This document shows positions 58,645 to 64,000 of a stretch of DNA of 64,000 nucleotides, in pieces. The notes beneath the pieces are model-generated. The model was not told the DNA's origin. It saw only the letters and a program-made list of their open reading frames with translations, and ran no database searches. This DNA is from Candidatus Obscuribacteraceae bacterium. GTDB taxonomy: Bacteria; Cyanobacteriota; Vampirovibrionia; Obscuribacterales; Obscuribacteraceae. Both the position numbers and the translations under genes were made by a program. The stretch covers positions 160,001 through 224,000 of the forward strand of contig JBGASG010000001.1 in NCBI GenBank assembly GCA_044229845.1, read 5' to 3'. The first letter of the stretch is position 1. Each line of letters opens with the position of its first letter.

Positions 58645-60319
58645 ACTGCCAAAGCTTTTCTTTCCGCTGCATGTGCAGATCTTTTTGATCTTTGCACTCA
58701 ACATTGTCGTGCTTGGGCTGGCGGCCGTTTGTCTGCGGACCAATGCCTTTCACTGGGGATGGGAGCAGCTGATTTATGAGCCCATTCAGCAGCGCTTCCA
58801 GGGCGTTGCGTTCATGACGCATCACCAGCTGGAGTCCTTGCCTAAGTCATCATGGACTTCTGCACTGGATGATGTGGGGAAGATCTACGGAGTCAAGGTT
58901 TATCTTTTTGATATTACTGGCAAGCAGCTTGCCGGCGAGCCTCTCGAGCTGCCTCCGGCCGTCAAGACGGCAGTGCAGAAAGATGCTGAATTCTTTTTGG
59001 CGCTGCGCGGACCAAATAACATTGCGGTGCCGGCCGGACCTGACGCGATGCCGCCGCCGCCCGTTCGCCCGCATCGCGGGTTTCTTTTGCACACCGATAA
59101 TCCAGGACTCTACTGGATAGGTACAGGTATGCCTCCGATGATCACTCATCGGTTGGCTGAAGGACTTCCATTACCCACACGAGTTTTTATTGCACCTCCA
59201 GGTATGCCTCAGGAGGGATTTCTAGGTATCGGACCAGATGCGCCAATGCAAGGTGATTTTGTTTTCGGCGCTGGAACTGCTGCCCCGGGTGCACCGCTTA
59301 TGCAACCACCGGCCGTCGGGTTCGAGATGCACGGACCAGGTCGACGATTTCCGGACACTTCACTTGTTTTGCTTGCATCGGCTCCAAATCTCTGGACTAC
59401 ACCTCTGTTTGCTGACTTCGGCATGCTGTCTTTGATCGCCGGCGCGATTCTCGTTGGTTCGTTTCTTCTCTGGTGGCCTTACGTGCACGGTATCACTACC
59501 TCGCTTCGCAAAGTAACCATTGCCACCGAACGCATCGCCGAAGGCAAGTTTGACAAACTGCCAACCATTAAAAGACCTGATGAGATCGGGCGTCTATCTC
59601 AAGCTGTGGAAAACATGGCGGAACGATTGCAACGATTGATCTTTGGTCAGAAACGTTTTCTTGGCGACACAGCACACGAACTGGGAGCGCCAATTGCCAG
59701 GCTGCAGGTGGCGCTGGAGTTGCTGAATGCCACCGATCAATCGGAGCGCGACCGAGCGCTGGCTGATATCAAAGAAGATGTAGAGCACATGCGCCTTTTG
59801 ATCAATGAACTACTGGCTTTCTCGCGAGCGGCCCTGCAGAAGGAACCGATTTCGCTCGTGTCTCTCGATTGCAAGACCCTGCTTGAAGCAACTATTGATA
59901 GGCTGAGTATGAATTACCCGATCGAGTTGCACGTGCCTGGCAATCTGCGAGTCATGGGGGATGAGATATTGCTGGAACGGGCTTTTGGCAATGTTCTGCG
60001 CAATGCACAAAGATATGCCGCGACCGGTGATCCATTTGAAGTCACCGCTCAGAAGGCGGGGGCATCAGTTGTGTTTCAGTTTGCCGACCGCGGCCCTGGC
60101 GTACCGGCAGATTCGTTGCGCATGCTGGAGGAACCTTTTTATCGCCCGGAGTCGTCGCGCAGCCGCGAGTCTGGTGGCGTAGGATTGGGCCTGGCAATTG
60201 TGAAAACGTGCGTAGAAACTTGTGGTGGCACCGTCGCCATTCGCAACCGCGAACCACATGGACTGCTGGTAGAAATTGAACTGGCTGCGGAAGACGAGGC
60301 ATCCGTGACCAGTTTGTGA
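58637..60319 (+). CDS. HAMP-domain sensor histidine kinase, CpxA-like
   Basis: Two TM helices, HAMP (DEIGRL), H-box AHELGAP, N-box NAQRY, DRGPGV and GGVGLGLAI. Confidence 0.95.
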   Translation: MPKLPKLFFPLHVQIFLIFALNIVVLGLAAVCLRTNAFHWGWEQLIYEPIQQRFQGVAFMTHHQLESLPKSSWTSALDDVGKIYGVKVYLFDITGKQLAGEPLELPPAVKTAVQKDAEFFLALRGPNNIAVPAGPDAMPPPPVRPHRGFLLHTDNPGLYWIGTGMPPMITHRLAEGLPLPTRVFIAPPGMPQEGFLGIGPDAPMQGDFVFGAGTAAPGAPLMQPPAVGFEMHGPGRRFPDTSLVLLASAPNLWTTPLFADFGMLSLIAGAILVGSFLLWWPYVHGITTSLRKVTIATERIAEGKFDKLPTIKRPDEIGRLSQAVENMAERLQRLIFGQKRFLGDTAHELGAPIARLQVALELLNATDQSERDRALADIKEDVEHMRLLINELLAFSRAALQKEPISLVSLDCKTLLEATIDRLSMNYPIELHVPGNLRVMGDEILLERAFGNVLRNAQRYAATGDPFEVTAQKAGASVVFQFADRGPGVPADSLRMLEEPFYRPESSRSRESGGVGLGLAIVKTCVETCGGTVAIRNREPHGLLVEIELAAEDEASVTSL

Positions 60320-60407
60320 TGATTGGCGCGTTTCGTATTTTCACCATTGCGGTCGTGATAACCGGGGGTTACTGTCAAGTTCCCGCAAAGCCCCGAGGTG
60401 CCACCTG

Positions 60408-62519
60408 ATGTCGCACGATCAGATTACTATTGGGCCGTCTGAAGAATCCGGCCCGCCGAATGGCGTATCCAACGATGGTTATAGGAGAAACGACCAGTTC
60501 CCTGACGATTGCCAGGGCGTCCAAGTTTGTCACGCCTGGGATATGAACAGAGCCGGGGGACCGGGACTGCAGGACGGTGGACCATGGAATGGCGATCCAG
60601 GCATCTGGGCGCAAGGTCCCAGAGGTGGACGCTTCAATGGTGACCCGGGAATCTGGGCGGAAGGTTCTAGAGACGGACGCTGGAATCGCGATCCGGGCAT
60701 CTGGTCTGACTTGCCGCCTGGTGGACCTGGACAGAGACCTGATGGAGGATCGACTGATACCGCAGCCGTCATGAAAGCGGCCTCTGCAGTTTCGCAAGCC
60801 TTGCAGGCAGGCGATCTCGATGCTGCCAGTCAGGCAGCGGCAAATATCGATCCGCGCAGCATTCGTATGGCGAAGATGGATCTCTTCGGCGCCATGCGCG
60901 AAGCTCGTCCGGAAGAACGAATGGATTTGATGCGGCAGGGCCGCGAACTGTCCACATTGCAGCGCGCGTCATTTGCATTTGAATTGATCAATCGGGGCGA
61001 AGACCGAGAAGGCATATTCTTGCTGCACCAGATGCTGGGACGTGGAGGTCACGGACCGCGGGGCGGGCAGCGACCTGAGATTGTTCCAGCTAATTACGAA
61101 GAAGGCGATGATCCGGGGGCACTACCGGCTGATGCCAATCCGAACGCGACGGTAACTGATACTGGTGTGACAGCCGATCCCAATGCGACCGTCACCGATA
61201 CCGGTGTGACAGCCGATCCCAACGCGACAGTCACCGACACCAGCACCGGGCAGGCGACTGCGAATCCCGATGCCAACACGGCGTATCGCGTTGATGCGCA
61301 AGGTCATTTGGTAGACACGCAAAATCAGCTCGTTACCGATTCCAGCGGTAATGCTCTGAGTGTGGACGACCATGGCTTCATTGTTGATGGTCAGGGAGCC
61401 ATGGTCACGGACGGCGCCGGCAACCACTTCGCGCTTGATCTGGCCGGCAAGCCGATCAAGATCGATGCCCAGGGCAACCGTCTGCCTGCCGACGGACAGC
61501 CGGCCACCGACGCCACCGATGGCTACGACTACTCCGGCGATCCGACGCTCAACACGGGTGGCGATCCGACCGCCACCAACAACGGACCGGTCGGTGACGG
61601 CACTTACAACCCTACTTATGAAAGTGACGCCGATACCGGCGACGGCACTACCGTTACGGATGCAACCACCAGCGATACCAGCACTGCGACTTCGCCCTTC
61701 CAGGCTGTTGTTGCGCTCGGGCAGCAAGTGAGACAGACGGGGCAGATGACTCCTGAACTGAAGCAGCAATTCGAAGCTGCTATTCAGCAGGCAGACAGCG
61801 GTCAATCGCCGCGACTTGCCGGGCTGCAAGCCGAATTCTCGCAGAAAGATCAAGAACTCAATTCGGCACTCACTCAGGATGTTGTCACACAAATCAGCGA
61901 CATCAACAATCAATTGATGACAGGCATCTCGCAATTGCCCGATCAAAATCAGCAAGCCCAGGGGCAGGCGTTGCTTTCCATGCTCGACTCAGCAGTCTCT
62001 GCCGAAGACAAGGCTCAGATCCGCGGTCAGCTATTGCAGTTGTTGCCTAACGCCGGATCGCTTCTCGATCAAAGAGACCAGGTCACGGCACCGTTCCAAG
62101 ACAAGCTATTCGCCATCAGTTCGCTCGGACAGGAAATTGCCGCAGAGCAGAACCAGGCGGTATACACCCGTGTGATTTACGCCCAGGCGCTGGCCTCCTC
62201 AGGTGATACCACAACCGCCGGTGGCATCATCGATGAAGCCCTGTCCAAGAACACCGATCAAACCATGGTTGGTTATCTGCAGCAGGTAAAGCAGAGTTTG
62301 AGCGGTGCGCCGGCACCAACTTCCGACACCACATCTGGTGCCGTGACTGATAACACCACCTTAGGTCCCACTTCCCCGGATGCAGGTACCCTCATCCCAC
62401 CGGATACCGGCAGCGTCACTCCACCCGATACAAACAGCGTCACGCCTCCCGACACCGGTACGGGACTGGGGGATACATCCGGACAGAATTCCGATAATCC
62501 TTACGACTTAGGTAGTTGA
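60408..62519 (+). CDS. Large acidic low-complexity protein with several internal repeat types
   Basis: 703-aa ORF with a GAGGTG SD; repeats WNGDPGIW x3, A(D/N)PNATVTDT x3 and PPDT x3. Confidence 0.8.
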   Translation: MSHDQITIGPSEESGPPNGVSNDGYRRNDQFPDDCQGVQVCHAWDMNRAGGPGLQDGGPWNGDPGIWAQGPRGGRFNGDPGIWAEGSRDGRWNRDPGIWSDLPPGGPGQRPDGGSTDTAAVMKAASAVSQALQAGDLDAASQAAANIDPRSIRMAKMDLFGAMREARPEERMDLMRQGRELSTLQRASFAFELINRGEDREGIFLLHQMLGRGGHGPRGGQRPEIVPANYEEGDDPGALPADANPNATVTDTGVTADPNATVTDTGVTADPNATVTDTSTGQATANPDANTAYRVDAQGHLVDTQNQLVTDSSGNALSVDDHGFIVDGQGAMVTDGAGNHFALDLAGKPIKIDAQGNRLPADGQPATDATDGYDYSGDPTLNTGGDPTATNNGPVGDGTYNPTYESDADTGDGTTVTDATTSDTSTATSPFQAVVALGQQVRQTGQMTPELKQQFEAAIQQADSGQSPRLAGLQAEFSQKDQELNSALTQDVVTQISDINNQLMTGISQLPDQNQQAQGQALLSMLDSAVSAEDKAQIRGQLLQLLPNAGSLLDQRDQVTAPFQDKLFAISSLGQEIAAEQNQAVYTRVIYAQALASSGDTTTAGGIIDEALSKNTDQTMVGYLQQVKQSLSGAPAPTSDTTSGAVTDNTTLGPTSPDAGTLIPPDTGSVTPPDTNSVTPPDTGTGLGDTSGQNSDNPYDLGS

Positions 62520-62620
62520 TTCGCCCGCAAAGAGACCCGCAGCTCTGAGGTGAACTACTCGCTCAGTTCCGAACGCCCGTGCGATGCGCGGGAGCGCTCA
62601 GGAATTGGGCGAGTCTCTTC

Positions 62621-64000
62621 TTATTCCGCAACTGGTTTGGACGATTCAGTGGGCTGGTCCTGTTTGGCGCACGCCCGAATCGCGAGAGCAGCTAAGACGT
62701 AGAACGCAATGCCGCAGCAGTATGAGACAGTGATACCGCCAAACATGGCGACGATAATAGCCAGGACCGATGTCCACACCGAGGCAGCGCCGTTGATTCC
62801 CCAGAGCCACGGAGCCAGTCCGGGATTAATTCGCATTGCGGCTCGGATACCGACCGGGAAGGCACTGCCCAATGCTAGCCCTACTGGCAGAAGCAGTGCG
62901 GAAGCCGTGGCGATGCGCACTGCGATCGGCTGGGTATTGGTACTTTCAAGCATGCCGCCGGAGACGAGGGCATACAAAATCAGTATCACCACAATCGAAA
63001 GTGGAGCAAGTTGTGGATTCGTTTGACGGCGTACCATCCAGTACTCCGATATAAAACTGCCGAGTCCCGTGGAAATCAAAAGCGCGAACAATACTACGGA
63101 CAACCCGTACACGGGATGTCCGAGAAAGATGGTCAATCTTTCGATTTGCGAGATCTCTACGAACATAAACCCGGAGCCGATGGCAAAAAAGTAGGCAAAG
63201 AGTGGTGCTGCCCGGACCACCGACTGTTTGTCCGAAGTCTGCAAATATGGAATGCGGATGCAGTAGAACGTGATTACCAGCGTCGCCAGTCCAGCGATCA
63301 GCAGCATGAGACCAGCCATGATATTGGTGACGTTCATGGTTGGTGCCAGTGCCTGACGATCGAACAAGTGACGCAAGCTGATCGCCTGGAAGAAGAAAGG
63401 GCTGTCATCGGTCGGGGCCTTCAAGTTGAAGGGCACGCTGGGCGCCGCGACATTGGGATCCTCTCCAGTCGCTAAACGAGCTATGTTTTCGTCGCTGTGC
63501 TTGGGACCGGCGAATACCAGGTCGAACTGCATGTCCTGCGCGACTCTCTCGGCCGTCTTATAGTCGTCTTCCGTGAATGGATCTTTACTGATCAAGATGG
63601 TGCCGATGCCGTCGGGGATCATCAGCTTCATGTTATCGGGCGGCATGTTCCGGAATGCCATGATGTGTTGTTCCGGGTGCTGGACACCCTCTTGCTTGAG
63701 ACTTTCAGCCGCCAGGGCGGTGAGCCTGTAGAACTCAGACGGGATGCCGTGCGAGTACCAGCGTGAGACTGTCAGGATGCCGTTGGGCTTCAGGTGATTG
63801 AGGAGAATCTTGAAGCACTCGGTGGTGTACAGACCGTTCTCCGAGAGAGAGTAGGCACCACTTGAAGTTGCTGCCCATGTATCTATCATCGAGATTTGAA
63901 TGATGTCGAATTTTTGATCAGTGCGGGTGATGAAGCTGCGAGCTTCGTCATTGACGAGGCTAATCTTGGGATTCTGACGAAGATGCCCGCTGTAGTCGCC
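62621..64000 (-). CDS. Spermidine synthase-like / SAM-dependent membrane protein, 5' end outside the window
   Basis: The frame is open to the window edge (NDEARSFI...FDIIQISMIDT), then LSEN.LYT.E, PTDD.PFF and a C-terminal multi-TM region. Confidence 0.85.
   Translation of the reverse strand, partial: GDYSGHLRQNPKISLVNDEARSFITRTDQKFDIIQISMIDTWAATSSGAYSLSENGLYTTECFKILLNHLKPNGILTVSRWYSHGIPSEFYRLTALAAESLKQEGVQHPEQHIMAFRNMPPDNMKLMIPDGIGTILISKDPFTEDDYKTAERVAQDMQFDLVFAGPKHSDENIARLATGEDPNVAAPSVPFNLKAPTDDSPFFFQAISLRHLFDRQALAPTMNVTNIMAGLMLLIAGLATLVITFYCIRIPYLQTSDKQSVVRAAPLFAYFFAIGSGFMFVEISQIERLTIFLGHPVYGLSVVLFALLISTGLGSFISEYWMVRRQTNPQLAPLSIVVILILYALVSGGMLESTNTQPIAVRIATASALLLPVGLALGSAFPVGIRAAMRINPGLAPWLWGINGAASVWTSVLAIIVAMFGGITVSYCCGIAFYVLAALAIRACAKQDQPTESSKPVAE

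Overview
Chromosomal window of a GC-rich bacterium. It is most likely a non-photosynthetic relative of cyanobacteria (Vampirovibrionia/Melainabacteria, Obscuribacterales-like). This is inferred from cyanobacteria-style DAHP synthase, NusB, DnaE (AEY-CFNKSH), AhcY and radical SAM proteins, with no photosynthesis genes in view. Housekeeping genes include aroF (partial), speD, dnaE, ruvA, ruvB, ftsY, nusB, rsmD, cdsA, ftcd, eno, ahcY, tRNA-Pro(CGG) and tRNA-Ser(GCT). They are mixed with lineage-specific repeat-rich, secreted or signalling proteins. I saw no CRISPR array, integrase or transposase. The main find, missed by the ORF track, is that the DAHP synthase gene is preceded by a sigma70 promoter and two complete ribosome-dependent attenuators in tandem. 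Each has its own leader peptide with Phe, Tyr and Trp codons (MTTAYFYFWFPEVHLA and MTTQRNWFYGYFFFARGFPG), its own antiterminator and its own terminator. The second find is a CpxP/Spy-CpxR-CpxA-like locus whose tandem GTAAG-N6-GTAAA-type motif recurs with identical spacing upstream of a nearby Tad/Flp secretin. Other points of interest are a structured speD leader, probable pseudoenzymes (GDH, GGDEF, IF-2B-like), an intein-free DnaE keeping the split-intein junction, a helical repeat pair after dnaE, and REP-like palindromes.
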